DNA of 64,000 bases from contig NC_092395.1 in the NCBI RefSeq assembly GCF_030028105.1, positions 37,230,424-37,294,423 of the forward strand, read 5' to 3'. The DNA comes from Mobula birostris (taxonomy: Eukaryota). The position numbers and the translations under genes were made by a program. The first letter of the stretch is position 1; every line of letters begins with the position of its first letter. Below, piece by piece: positions 24,500 through 38,581 of this stretch. Below the pieces are notes generated by a model. It was not told the DNA's origin. It saw only the letters and a list, made by a program, of their open reading frames with translations, and searched no databases.

Positions 24500-27400
24500 T
24501 TCGTTGGTTCTGGTTTTTCTGGTTAGGCTATTTCCACTTTTCGTTGGCTCTGGCCCAAGTAAACATTTGCCTCTGATATCATTTGTTTGCTTTTTTCCTG
24601 AATCAAGTCATTTCAAACCAGTGACAGCCAGTTCACATCAGACACTGGGCTCAGTTTATTTCACTTAGCAGACACAGATTACTCCTACTAGCCTGCATTG
24701 ATTCTTCTACATTCTCAAAGAGCAACCCACAAATAACTTCTTTTTGGAAATGACCTCTAATTCAACAGATTATCGGTAGGGCCTTCATTATGTCCACTTT
24801 CAATTACTTTAATCTACTAAGAGGTATTATAAAAGATCATTGAATATGTCCATGGACAGGAAAAGGTTTAGAGGGATATTGGCTAAACAGAGGCAAATGG
24901 GATTAGCACAGACTGGCATGCTGGCTGTGAACGAGTTGGGCCAAAGGGCTTGTTTCCATGCTCTACAACTCATGAACCTATTAATGAGTTACTCTGTCAA
25001 TTGCATTGTTAATTGTAACAAAAATTGTCTCAGTTGTTGCATTTACTTTCATTACAAGTAGTACATTGGCAGGAAAGATCGTTGAATATTGAGCAGCAAC
25101 TGATAATTGTGAGTCTGCTGATGAATATATGTGTTTACAGTTTTGGAATTATTTTTAGGTTCATTAAGATCAGATTTTCATTTCCAATTTTCTGACTAAT
25201 CCTTTTTCTAGAATTACAACATAAAGGAAACAACATAGGGATCATTGCCATGACCAGATATTGATTACTTCAAGCGTCAATTCATTAGTAAAGTGTACAG
25301 GCAATAAGATCTGAACTTCATGTATAAAAGGCTTATAGTACTTTCAAACATTTAACTAAAGTTTAAAATTGTGCATCCTTCAGTTCGCTCCTCAGACGTT
25401 CAACACTGTGACTGACACGGTACTTTCTGATGAATCAAAATTCTCCAACTTAGCAGTCAATGAAAATCAAAGAAAAACTGCAAAAAGATAAAGTTAATGG
25501 TACAGGTCAAAGAAAAAATTTGTAAGATTTTCAGAAACATGTGATTCTAGCATTTCCTGTTCTTTTTTTTTTTCTTTTTTTCTCTCAACTCGATTGACTG
25601 TGGATTAAGTTTCTACTTTGCTGTGCTACATCCGCAAGAAAATGTGCCTGTAGAGTTCAATAAACAGAAACAGAAACTTCCAATCCACAAGTAAAGAATC
25701 TATCTACCTAATGAACTGTCCTTGAGCAAAAAGAACCTTCTTCACAATAAAGGCTGGTGTAGCTCCTAATCTGCAAGTTTTCTAATTCACTTAATCATGA
25801 TGTGTCCAATTTATCAATGCCAAGACGTCTAACAGAGTAACAAAGCCCACATCTGTTCTGTGTTATCAATGTTGTTTTCAAATTCCACCTTACTGGAGAA
25901 ATTTATTTATTTTGAGAGAAATGTACCATCTATCTAAATAGAAAGATTAGAAATTGATCAGGGAAATTGCTAATGCTGCATCTTTTAACTCAAACAAAAG
26001 GTCAGGTTACTGGTTCTATTTGTTGCATGAAAATGCACATGGAACTATAACAATACGTCAGTCTTCTGTGTGGAGAAACAACTCATGTGACAGCTGTTCA
26101 TTCCATTGATAGCTCTCTCGTGTTAAATAAAATCATTTGATGGTGCTGCTTTAGAAAAACTTTGAAATGTGGAACTTGTTTTTACTAAAATGTAAACAGT
26201 TTATATGTGTCTATAGTGCTGATGAAGACTGTAGACTGATTAAGCATCAATGTTACTATGAACTAGAATTCTCTCTGAACCAAAACAGCTGACCTCCTTT
26301 GCAATAGGTTTAGAGTCATATAGCAGGAAAAAAAAGCCCTTCAGCCCATTGTGTTCATACTAATCATTGAAAATCCATTCACTTTAACTCCACATTAATC
26401 CCATACTCTATATTAGATTATGTGCTGGCCAGTAGTGTAGTGGTATCTTGAGTTCAAATGTGGCTGGCTCCTTGCTCGCTTTCCATCTGTGCTGGGCTGA
26501 GTGTTGAGTTAGCAACTCGGCCTCATAAAAAACAGACAAATGTGTTAAAGAAACAGCAAGGTTGGTGCCCGATGTGCACAAGGTACGGAAAGGGATAACA
26601 ACAACTATATTTGATTATCTTGCTATTATTGCATAGAAGAGAACTGAACTTGGTTCAGATAAATCCTGAGAGTCGTGTGGAAGGGAAGTTGCTGAGAAAA
26701 AAAATAATGACTCAAGCTTCAGGGAGAAACATTTGTGTGTTAACACATCTGACAAATGTGCTATTGAGAAACGTTATATTTCAGCAACCGTTGAAGTATG
26801 AAATACAAACGATATGAGCAAAGGTAGAAATAGAGGTGTACCTATAAACTAGTTAATTCCTGAGGAAGATTTGCAAGTAAAATTAGTTACAGGATAATTT
26901 TTCAACAAAAGATTTGGAAAATTAACACCAAGTTACACTCAGGTGAGTGAAGATGTATCAAATTCTTCAGGTTATGAAGTGAAGATTGAAAATCTGTTTG
27001 AATGGTGCCACAACACGAGCCTCTCACTCAACGTCAGCAAACCCAAAAAGCTGATTGTTGACAGGAAGAGGTAGTCAGAGATCCATGAGCCAGGCCTCCC
27101 CAGAGGATCAGAAGCGGAGAGGGTTCATAACTAAATTCCTTGGCATTATATCATATCCTAACACCAGCACATAAATGCCATTGTAAAGAAAGCATGAAAA
27201 CGTTTCTACTGTCTTAGATGTTTATGCAGATTCAGCAAGTCATCTGTAACTTTGACAAACATGTATAGATGCACAGTGAGGAGTGTCCTTGCTTGCATCA
27301 CAGGCTGGTACGAAAATACCAATGCCCAACAATGGAATAGTCGGTGGGGAGGGGGGGGGAAATAATAAATCGGTGGACACAGCCCAGTACATCCACAGGT

Positions 27401-27690
27401 AAAGCCCTCCCCGCATGGAGCACATCTACAAGGAGCAGTGTCACAAAAAATCAGCCACCCCCCCCCCCCCCAACCACGCTCCAGGACCTGCTACTTTCCA
27501 CAACTCCCCCCCACCCCGCCCCCCCGCTGCTGCCATCAGGAAGGAGGTACAGAAGTCTATGAACGGATTCTACAACCTATTTTCAAGCACTGTCAAAGAC
27601 TCTACAACTAATGTTCTTAGTATTATTTATTTACTCCTTTTATTTGCAGTTTGCCTTCTTTTGCATATTGGTTGTTCGTCTATCTTTATT
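24500..27690 (+). repeat. Local segmental duplication, copy B; boundaries approximate
   Basis: Colinear with 18060-21240; for example ORFs 20162 and 26611 are paralogous. Confidence 0.92.
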
Positions 27691-29344
27691 TGTGTGTGGT
27701 TTTTCATTGATTCTACTGTGAGTGGCTGTAATAAACAATCTCAAGGTAGTATACAGTGACATAAATAGTACATACATTGATAAAAATTTACTTTGAACTT
27801 TGAATATAGTACTAATGACTGTCCCCTTAATTGATTAACAGAAACTTGGGAAAATAGTAGAGAGGTTAAATCTGAAAATATTGCGGGGAATCAGAGTGGT
27901 TAATGTGATCAGGCAATGTTTGTGCATGGGGCACATGGAAGTTGACTATATATGTGGAGTGGAATAAATAAGGTGCATTTGTTTAAGCAACCATTCTTGA
28001 TTTGGTGATTCATTATAATCCTGGTACCATATGCAGTTAAGATAAAAAACCCATGCATTCATTACAAATAGCTCTTACTTATTTCAGTTGTATTTCCATC
28101 TCGCAGCGCTGCAGAGTTTCAGACAGGTTGGGGAAATTAGGAAACGCCTGATCTGAGAAGGACAATCAGCAGGGCCTGACTAAAGAGCAGCATAATCCTG
28201 ACCTGTTCAAACTAATTTACTTATTCTTCCTCCCATGGCAACGGTCTTTAATAAAGGCAATTGGAGCACATTGGTAAGTAGTGATTCATTGAAATACTTG
28301 CATGCTTTCTTGTAGGTGCTGTGTTTTATTAAGAATCTGCTGAGCATATACTACACTTCAAACCTGATTAACTTCAACTCAGCTAAAGCATTTTGCCTGG
28401 CTGTAAGTGAATGGTTTTGTCAAACAGAAACAGATAAACCTCTGTAATCAGCGCTATCAGTTCTTACAACGAGCAGCTTCAGTGGTAAACAATGCAGGAT
28501 ATCATCACTGCCAGCAGATCCGCATATGGAAATAATGCTCGTCAGGCGTCAGCACTATCAGACACAGAGAAACAACAAAATTAGTTTTCCCTAAATTAAA
28601 ATTATGCCACCTGTCTCAAACCAAGAGGATTCCAGTACATGATAATCTGCTGACATAGAAGACTTATTGACAAGGAAACAGATAGGATGGAAGTTATTTT
28701 AGAAGACAACGGGATAATATGAGAACACTAAAGTGACCATACCCAAAAGACAGAACCTCCAACCCTCAGAATTTCATGGTCAATCCAGGCTTATATAGTC
28801 AATCTCGGAAGTGGGATTTGATATCCTACTTTCTGTCTCAGATGCAAAGGTCAAAAGAATTGCTTCTCCCCTGCACGATCTGTGGGGTTATAATAACCAT
28901 CCAACAACATAATAATCGATTTACGGTGCTTTAATTTTAACCAAAAATGTTTCATTTAAGCCATTACCCTAGAAATGCTTATTATCCTTGATTCTAATGC
29001 ATTTCCTAAGTTGCAGTTTTAATATTCATTACTAATATTTATACTCAGTAATTCATTGCTTATGCATGTTGTAAAATGATTAAGCCTTATTTGGTACAAA
29101 TAAAATTAAGTTACAAACATCATAGCCAGTGTTCTTCTACAATTGGGAGATGTATTACCTCATTATACTCTGTATAGAAACAGCAAATGGTGGAGAGCCG
29201 CACTATTGAGTATGTGCTTCTACCTTGTCAGGTTTCACTTGTGTTTTTTACCTTCACTTTTTCCTCAGGATGCCCCCTCTTATACCCCTTATCAATCTAT
29301 GAGGTTCTGTCAAATCAGTTAAAGAAACGAAAAATTCCCTGACC

Positions 29345-29843
29345 ACTACTATCAGGCTGCATCACTGTTTGGTATGGGGGGAGCTACTGCACAGGACTGA
29401 AAGAAGCTGCAGAGGGTTATAAATTTAGTCGGCTCCATCTTGGGTACTAGCCTACAAAGTACCCAGGACATCTTCAAGGAGCGATGTCTCTGAAAGGTAG
29501 CGTCTATTATTAAGGACCTCCAGCACCCAGTGCATGCCCTTTTCTCACTGTTACCATCAGGTAGGAGGTGCAGAAGCCTGAAGGCACACACTCAGCAATT
29601 CAGGAACAGCTTCTTCTCCTCTGCCATCCAATTCCTAAATGGACATTGAAGCTTTGGACACTACCTCACTTTTTTTTTTTAAATATACATTATTTCTGTT
29701 TTTTGCACGATTTTTAATCTACTGAAAATACACTATAATTGATTTATTTATTTTTTTCTTCCGTAGTATGTATTGCATTGAACTGCTGCTGCTAGGTTAA
29801 CAAATTTTACAACACATGCTAGCGATAATAAATCTGATTCTGA
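29345..29843 (+). mobile_element. Rex1-like LINE 3' end
   Basis: GCITVWYG, LFSLLPSGRR, FRNSFF; ends aataaatctgattctga. Confidence 0.8.
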
Positions 29844-31861
29844 ATTACATTCCCTTATGCTCCCTACTCCAATCATCATAAGAGAGAACACAAGAGTGCG
29901 TGGCCAAAAGGCTCATACTAAATAGAATCACACAAATATTTACAGATCGTTAACTGGCAGATCATGGAAGAACAGATCAGAATATTTCTAGATCTCCATT
30001 ATTTTGCTTTCCAAGGCAAAATCAGGAATGAGCTAGAGGTCAGATGCTTGTACATCAGGCCAGATGCATCTGCATAGTGTTTTGTATTTACCTAGTGCTC
30101 CAGTGCTCAACTCAACTGTATGTCCAAGGTCACAGCACAAACATCCTAGGCTATGAGGAGAAGGATTCACTTTGCACCTGGCTCTTCACCAGGTACATAC
30201 CAAAAACCCTACAGATTTGAACAGGGATGCCAACATTGATTCAGAAGTTAAGTGCACAGGAGTTGTTTGCTTTCTTTTCATTTTACTTTATGTTTTTTGG
30301 TGCTTAAAAGATGCTTCAAGTTATTTCAGAATGGATCAACCGATCACATTGTGTAAGACAAATAAGTGCAACTATCAACACAAAAGTGCAACTATCAATT
30401 GCAGCTCAGCTACCTGATTTGTAACCATATGACTGACCACTTCATCAGCACATAATGTAGAACTTTGCTCACACTATCCTATATCTACGTGCCTAATTAC
30501 ATGACCAAGCATTTTTAAACACTGGTTCCCATTGTCATATGAACTAAATAGTGTATCTTTTATATTTGGTCCTTAGTGTGGCTGTAAACACAACAGAAAA
30601 ACTTAAAGGCATAGTACAAATCATTAACTTGCTTTATGAAACTAAAATCAAAAATACAGATCCAATCATGAGGAGATTATTTGGTTTGGTTGATAGAACT
30701 TGTACTCACATTAAGATATAAACACACATTATGTTTTATCAAATTAGTGCTATGGCCTTTGACTTAAATAAACTAAAGTTCAAAGTTCAACGTAAATTTA
30801 TTATGAGATTCATTTTCTTAAGCATAATCAATAACTCCATATAGAATAATAATATCAATGAAACACATCAATTTGGCCATTCAAAAGACAACAAACTTTG
30901 CAAATACAAAAGAAATAAAAGAAATAATAAATAAGTATCGCAAATATGAAATGAGGAGTCCTTGAAAGTGAGTCCATGGATTGTGAGACATTTCAATGAT
31001 TTTAAGTGATTGAAGTTATCCCGTTTGATTCAAGAGTCTGATGGTTGCGGGGTAATTACTGTTCCAGAGCCTGGTGGTGAGAGTCCCGAAGCTCCTGTAC
31101 TTCACCCCAATGGCAGCAGCGAGAAGACAGCATGATCTAGGTGGTAGGGATCCCTGGTGAGGAATGCTGCTTTCCTGTGACAATGCTCCATCATCAGGAC
31201 TTCAGTCCCTACCTCAGCCTATGGACAGGATACTGTCTGGAATAATGTCCTGTTCCAATACTTTCAAGGCTAATGGAATAAGATCTGAGACAATAGCTAC
31301 CTAAGGTGCTTGTGAGTCCTGTTTGATGTTTCCCCTCTGAACTGTAGGTACAGTAATGTTTTTTTTAAGCTGGTCTTAGTAATCAGGAGACTCCTCACCT
31401 ACAAATGAAGTTATTGCTTCAGGATACTCAGTAGGCAATCTGTATTTGGATAGCGGCAAACATAAAAGGGAAAAGAGAAAAGCCCGCACTTGCTCACACA
31501 CACTCACAAAATTGAGGCAGTGACCTATTGCTCTGGGTTTTACTGCTTAAAACTACATAAAGGATATAATTCAAGTAATTTAGAAGTTACTTTATTAAAA
31601 GTTGGGCATATGGCCCAGTCCGTCATGAGTAAAGCCCTCCCCACCATTGAGCTCTTGGGATCTCAGCAGCTCACAAGCCTCTCCACCATGACAAGGTGTT
31701 GGTCCTTGGGGAAGGACCCTGGTGCAGAAGAAAGTATTTGTTCTGCCTTCATGGTTCTGCCATGCAAAACAGAGCACTCCACTTCCCATTCTTGGTCTGT
31801 AACTTGTGGCTCATACAAGTTATTTTGCCAGAGAGACCAGATACAATCTATTTCATTTCAG

Positions 31862-34143
31862 TAAACCTAGAAAATAGGTGCAGGAGTAGGTCATTCAGCC
31901 CTTTGAACCTGCATCGCCATTCAGTATGATCATGGCTGATCATCCAACTCAGAACCCTGTACCTGCCTTCTCTCCATACCCCTTGATCCCTTTAGCCACA
32001 AGGGCTATATCTAACTCCCTCTTAAATATACCCAATGAACTGGCCTCAACTGTTTCCTGTGGCAGAGAATTCCACAGATTCACCACTCTCTGTGTGAAGA
32101 AGTTTTTCCTAATCTCAGTCCTAAAAGGCTTCCCCTCTATCCTCAAACTGTGGCCTCTTGTTCTGGACTTCCCCAACATCGGGAACAATCTTCCTGCATC
32201 TAGCCTGTCCAATCCCTTTAGGATTTTATACGTTTCAATCAGATCCCCACTCAATCTTCTAAATTCCAGTGAGTATAAGCCTAGTCAATCCAGCCTTTCA
32301 TCACATGAAAGTCCTGCCATCCCAGGAGTCAATCTGGTGAACCTTCTTTGTATTCCCTCTATGGCAAGAATGTCTTTCCTCAGATTAGGGGACCAAAACT
32401 GCACACAATACTCCAGGTGTGGTCTCACCAAGGCCTTGTACAACTGTAGTAGTACCTCCCTGCTCCTGTACTCAAATCCTCTTGCTATGAATGCCAGCAT
32501 ACCATTTGCCTTTTTCACCGCCTGCTGTACCTGCATGCCCACTTTCAATGACTGGTGTATAATGACACTCAGGTCTCGTTGCACCTCCCCTTTTCCTAAT
32601 CGGCCACCATTCAGATAGTAATCTGTTTTCCTGTTTTTGCCACCAAAGTGGATAACCTCATATTTATCCACATTAAATTGCATCTGCCATGAATTTGCCC
32701 ACTCACCTAACCTATCCAAGACACCCTGCATCGTCCTCACAGCTAACACTGCTGTCCAGCTTCGTGTCATCCGCAAACTTGGAGATGCTGCATTTAATTC
32801 CCTCATCTAAGTCATTAATATATATTGTAAACAACTGGGGTCCCAGCACTGAGCCTTGCGGTACCCCACTAGTCACTGCCTGCCACTCTGAAAAGGTCCC
32901 GTTTATTCCCACTCTTTGCTTCCTGTCTACTAACCAATTCTCTATCCACATCAATACCTTACCCCCAATACCATGTGCTTTAAGTTTGCACACTAATCTC
33001 CTGTGTGGGACCTTGTCAAAAGCCTTTTGAAAATCCAAATATACCAAATCCACTAGTTCTCCCCTATCCACTCTACTAGTTACATCCTCAAAAAATTCTA
33101 TGAGATGCCTCAGATATGATTTTCCTTTCACAAATCCATGCTGACTTTGTCTGATGATTTCACCGCTTTCCAAATGTGCTGTTGTCACATCTTTGATAAC
33201 TGACTCCACCATTTTCCCCACCACCGATGTCAGGCTAACCGGTCTATAATTCCCCGGTTTCTTTCTCCCTCCTTTTTTAAAAGCTAGGTTACATTAGCCA
33301 CCCTCCAATCCTCAGGAACTAGTCCAGAACCTAAAGAGTTTTGAAAAATTATCACTAATCCATCCACTATTTCTTGGGCTACTTCCTTAAGCACTCTAGG
33401 ATGCAGACCATCTGGCCTGGGGATCTATCTGCCTTTAATCCCTTCAATTTACCTAACACCACTTCCCTACTAACATGTATTTCGCTCAGTTCCTCCATCT
33501 CACTGGACCCTCTGTCCCATACTATTTCCAGAAGATTATTTATGTCCTCCTTAGTGAAGGCAGAACCAAAGTAGTTATTCAATTGGTCTGCCATGTCCTT
33601 GTTCCCCATAATCAATTCACCTGTTTCTGTCTGTAAGGGACCTACATTTGTCTTAACCAATCTTTTTCTTTTCACATATCTATAAAAGCTTTTACAGTCA
33701 GTTTTTATGTTCCCTGCCAGTTTTCTCTCAATCTTTTTTCCCTTTCCTAATTAAGCCCTTTGTCCTCCTCTGCTGGACTCTGAATTTCTCCCAGTCCTCA
33801 GGTGAGCCATTTTTTCTGGCTAATTTGTGTGTTTCTTCTTTGGAATTGGTACTATCCCTAATTGCCCTTGTCAGCCACAGGTGCACTACCTTCCCTGATT
33901 TATTCTTTTGCCAAACTGGGATGAACAATTGTTGTAGTTCATCCATGCGATCTTTAAATGCTTGCCATTGCATATCCACCGTCAACCCTTTAAGTATCAT
34001 TTGCCAGTCTATCTTAGCTAATTCACGTCTCATACCTTCAAAGTTACCCTTCTTTAAGTTCAGAACCTTTGTTTCTGAATTAACTATGTCACTCTCCATC
34101 TTAATGAAGAATTCTGCCATATTATGGTCACTCTTACCCAAGA
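31862..34143 (-). mobile_element. 5'-truncated CR1 LINE ORF2, relatively young
   Basis: Minus-strand ORFs 33728-34240, 33379-33675, 32712-33224 ([26 protein letters not shown]), 32285-32806 and 31949-32254. Confidence 0.95.
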
Positions 34144-34604
34144 GTAACTTATCTTTACTCTTGTACTTGCATCCTCTTGTGATAAAATACAACTTCAAGT
34201 TGCAAGGTGCAAATTTCGCACTAAACTTGACCTTCTTCATCCTACAAATTCTTTGCCCATCGAGGAATAATGGAGCTTCTTCAGTTTAACTGCACTCAGG
34301 AATTCATTTCCAAACTTTGTCTGCTACAGGATAGCATACAATCCTCCATTCAAACCAATAGATCTACTACAGAGTGCAAACTAATGTCAAGCAAGGCTGT
34401 GTCATTACTCCAATCTATATCTTCCTCATTGAATATTGCTCATCTCAAATAAGCTTCCCTTTGGAATGAAGTTAAAACACAGGAAGCATAGTACCTTGTT
34501 CTAAAACCAAGGTCACTCCTCCCTCAGTCATTAAGCTGTAGTACGCTTGTTGAAGGTTGAGCTCTCAATCCTTACCAACTCATTCACTGAAACATACGAG
34601 AGAA

Positions 34605-35125
34605 TTAGAATTAGAATATTATTTCGTACCTCCATCCTACAGCAGGAGGGAGTAAAAATCTTTATGTTGTGTCTGTCACTCTGTACAAGCAATAAGGAAG
34701 GGAAACCTGGAAGGATATTGCCCAAACACTAAGATTGTATACATAATTGTTTTGTATACATGTACAGTCAGATACAATATACAGTCAGATGTGCAATCAG
34801 ATCACAATATATTGATAAATCCGACGGCCTGATGAACGAAGCTGTCCTGGAGCCTGTTGGTTCTGGCCTTAATGCTGCAGTACTAATTGCCAGATGGAAG
34901 CAGATTGTGGTTGGGCGGCTGGAGTCCCTGATGATCCTCCCGGCCCTTTTTACGTACCTGCTGCTGTAAATGTCCTGAACAGTGGGAGGTTCACATCCAC
35001 AGATGCGCTGGGCTGTCCACATCAATCTCTGCAGAGCCAGGTGATTGAGGGTTGTTCCCATACCAGACGGCGACACAGTCTCGATAGTACCCCTGAAGAA
35101 AGTCCTGAGGATGGGTCTAATCATT
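34605..35125 (-). mobile_element. Rex1-like LINE 3' end
   Basis: ILRTFFRGTIETV, QRLMWTAQRICG; (AATTAG)n tail. Confidence 0.75.
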
Positions 35126-36049
35126 AACATTCACAAAACAGATGTCTGCTACCAACTTGCTTCCATTGAACACAACATCCCCCATGACAGCAGAGTTCCT
35201 CACTGAGACTCTGGAATACATGGGGCACTTTCCACATCTCGGGAGCAGTACATTGCAATATATGTTAATTAAAAAACTATAAATTACAATAAGTATATAT
35301 TAAAAAAAATAAATTACACAAGTAATGCAGAAAGAGAGAAAAACAAAATGGTGAAGTATTGTTCATGGATTCATTGTCCATTCATAAATCTGATGGCAGG
35401 GGGAAGAAGCTGGTCCTGAAATGTGGAGTGTGTCTTCAGTCTCCTGTACCTCCTCTGCAAGGGTAGCAATGAAAAGAGGGCATATCCAGCATTGTAGGAC
35501 ATTATGAATTAACTTACTGCAATGAACTCTTCGGGTTTGAGAGCTCAACTTTCAACAAAGAACTAAAGTTGAAAAGGGAAAAGTTATAATTTTATGATGA
35601 ATTTTCCCCAATGGGTGGAAGTTTAAGTTTTTAACCCAAGACAAAATTGCACTGCCATGTGTGGCAGGTTGAGAAGTTGGATTAAAATATTGGACAATAA
35701 ATAAACACTAGCAGACACTTAAAGTAAAGTTACCAAATCAAAGAAATTAGGGAGAGTGGTAAAAATTAAAGAGAAGGCTCACAAAGTTCTGAAGCATAAC
35801 AGGAGATTAGAGAATATGAAGAATTCTGGAAAATAGCAGGTGATGACTAAAAAAGAGCGAAAAGAGAGGAAGTAAAATATAAGACATGAAAAAGCAGTCT
35901 TTGGAAAGAGTAGCAAGAGTGGTAATTCTTAAAAACTGAAGGAGGCAAATAAATGATACGGAATAAGAAAATGGAAAATATAATAAATCAATGTTTGTAT
36001 TTGTATTTATAGCAAAAAAGTAAATAATCATAAAACAAAAGAAACTGAA

Positions 36050-37640
36050 GAACATAATGCAATTCTCACTGAAGGAATAATGGACTCTGCATAGAGTCAA
36101 CCCCCATAAGGCTGCCGGGCTAAACAACATCCCAGGCCGAGTACTCAGGAAGAATGTGCACATCAGCTCACTGTCGTCTTTATGAACATCTTCAATACTT
36201 CACTCATCCAGACTGCTGTGTCCACATGCTTCAAATCAGTCACCGTCATCCCTGTACCAAAGAACTCTACGCCTGACCAGTGACACTGATGCCAATCATC
36301 ATGAAGTGCTTTGAATGGCTGGTAACTGTACACATTAAAAACTCCACTCCTATAATACCGGACACTCGCCAAGATGACTATTGAAAAAACACTTCATGAC
36401 AAATACCATCGTCATGCACTTGGCTCTGATACACCTAAAAAACAAGGATACTTCTGTCAGAAAGTTGTTTCTGGATTTCTGTTGAGTATTCAACATCATT
36501 GTCCCACAGACCTTGGTGAACACACTCCTACTCCTTAGTTAAGTACACCACTGTGCATCTAGGTGTTGAACTTCCTAACCAACAGCCCTCAGGATGCACA
36601 ACTGCTACTCCCTCTCCATCTCCCCCAACACAGGAGCCCCCCGCCAGAGTTGTCCACTCTGCTCACACAAGACTGTATAGCCAAACACCCAATTAACCAC
36701 TTTGTCAAGTTTACTGATGACCAGACATTGGTGGTTCTCATCACCAACAAGACTGAGAAGGCCTACAGAGAGGAGGTGGAAGAGCTCAAGGCCTGCTGCC
36801 AGGCAAATAATCTCTTCCTCAGTGTCAACAAGGCAAAAGAGATGACTTTAGACTTTGCAAAACTTGTACCACTCACACCATTCTTTACATCAGTGGCACA
36901 GTAACAGAAACTATGAGCAGTTTCAAACTCTTGGGAGTGCTATCTCACACAACCTCTCATGGTCCCAAAACACAATCCAGAAACCTCACTAAGTCCTCTA
37001 CATTCTGAGGAAGCCAAAGCGAGCTGGACTCTGCATATCAATACTCACAACCTTCTACAGATGCCAGTAGAGAGCATCCTAGCTTGCTGCCACACTACAT
37101 AGTGCCAAAATTGCACTGCGGCAGACGTGAAGGCATTATAATGGGTAGTCAAAACTGCCCAGTACATCACCAGCACCGTGTATATGCCATCAAGAACATA
37201 TATAGAGAAAGGTGTCAGAAAAAGGCCAGCAATATCGTGAAGAATACCATCCACCTTGCTCATGTACTGTTTATCCCACTCCCCTCAGGGAGGAGGCTAC
37301 ATAGCAGCTATGCCAGGACCATCAGACTCAAAAAACAGTTACTTACCAAAGCAGTAAGGCTGATCAACACCTCCACCCACTAACCCACCCTACCACCCCA
37401 CCACTAATTTTTCATTTCCTGTCAGAGACACCTGATGTATAGACACTCCTGGCCTAGTGTCACTTTATGTACATATAATTAATCTGTGTACAGAAGCTAT
37501 TTTAATGTATAGTTATTGTTTTTTTTATTATTGCGCTCTTTACATTAGTGTTATTTTTATACTGTGCATCAAATGCAGGGTAACAATTATTTTGTTCTCC
37601 TTTATAATTCTCCTGGAAATAACATTAAACTATCATGAAT
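36050..37640 (+). mobile_element. Decayed Rex1-like LINE (RT region to 3' end); boundaries approximate
   Basis: VNPHKAAG, IIMKCFEWLV, VKFTDDQTLVVLI, AYREEVEELKACCQANNLFLSVNKAKEM, PLPSGRRL. Confidence 0.85.
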
Positions 37641-38399
37641 TCTCTGAATTCTTTGAATTCTCTAAAAAGAATCATCAAACTAATAATTCAGAGGGTTAAC
37701 AGTCTCCTTGCCTGATGGCCTGCATCCTGAAATTTAAATTGTAGTGACTACAATAGCAGTAGATGCATTGGCAAGTATTTTCAAAAACTGGTGAGATTCT
37801 GGAAAGATCCTACTGGATCAGAAAGCAGCAAATGTACTTCTGTTCTTCAACAGAGTAGGGTGAAATAGGGAACTGAAGACTAATAACCCAGTGACAAGCA
37901 GCCGGAAAACACTGGAATATACTGGAAATACTGGGACATTTTTAAACATTGTTATTCCAGGACTTGGAAAGGCATAATGTGATCAGATGCAGTCTACATT
38001 ACTTAATAACCCTTTGTAACTCAACAAATTCAACTGAAGGGATGAAGGTAGTAAAAGATTGCAAAAACTACAGACCCCTTCAATTCAGAAACCAACCTGT
38101 TTAGAAGACTTAACATTCCTTCACTGTTGCTAGGTCAGAACCCTTAAAGTCTATGCTATTAGCCCTGTAGCAATACTTTCAACAGACATACTGGAGTGGT
38201 TTATAAGGACAACTCACCACCACTTGCTCAAATTTTAATAGGAGCAGCCAATATTTTGCTTATCATCCATGAATCAATAAAAATACACAGTTTGTTCACA
38301 GACTTCCACAACTTACATTTTTTATAAATTCCTCATCACAGGCTTAAAATACTTTGTAGTATCATAACTGTCTCCTTTGCATTTATTTACCCTTAGTTC

Positions 38400-38581
38400 T
38401 GATTGGAATGGTCCTTGAGCAACTCAAGTGTGATTAGAATCCTACCTCTAATTGTTACAACCTTGGCTGATAAAAGTGATTGGTTGATTTTGTTAGTTTC
38501 TATTGGTTTGATTTAAAACAGGTGCTGCTATTTTGTTGTTATATAAGTGTATTGCATATGCTACTGATAGACTTGTAGAGG
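38400..38581 (+). promoter_or_regulatory. Putative promoter and short non-coding exon 1 of the divergent perilipin gene
   Basis: Inverted CCAAT (ATTGG) at 38402, 38479 and 38502; E-box CAGGTG at 38519; TATATAAG at 38540; donor AGG|GTAAGG after 38581, ~200 nt before the acceptor at 38783. Same layout as the neighbouring PLIN3-like gene. Confidence 0.55.

Noticed and set aside
30358-30400. Short direct repeats (aagtgcaactatcaa x2; also near 15583 and 55090) as a CRISPR-like or functional array
   Set aside because: Only two units each, typical slippage duplications in eukaryotic DNA
31926-32618. 230-aa + strand ORF
   Set aside because: Antisense shadow of CR1 ORF2
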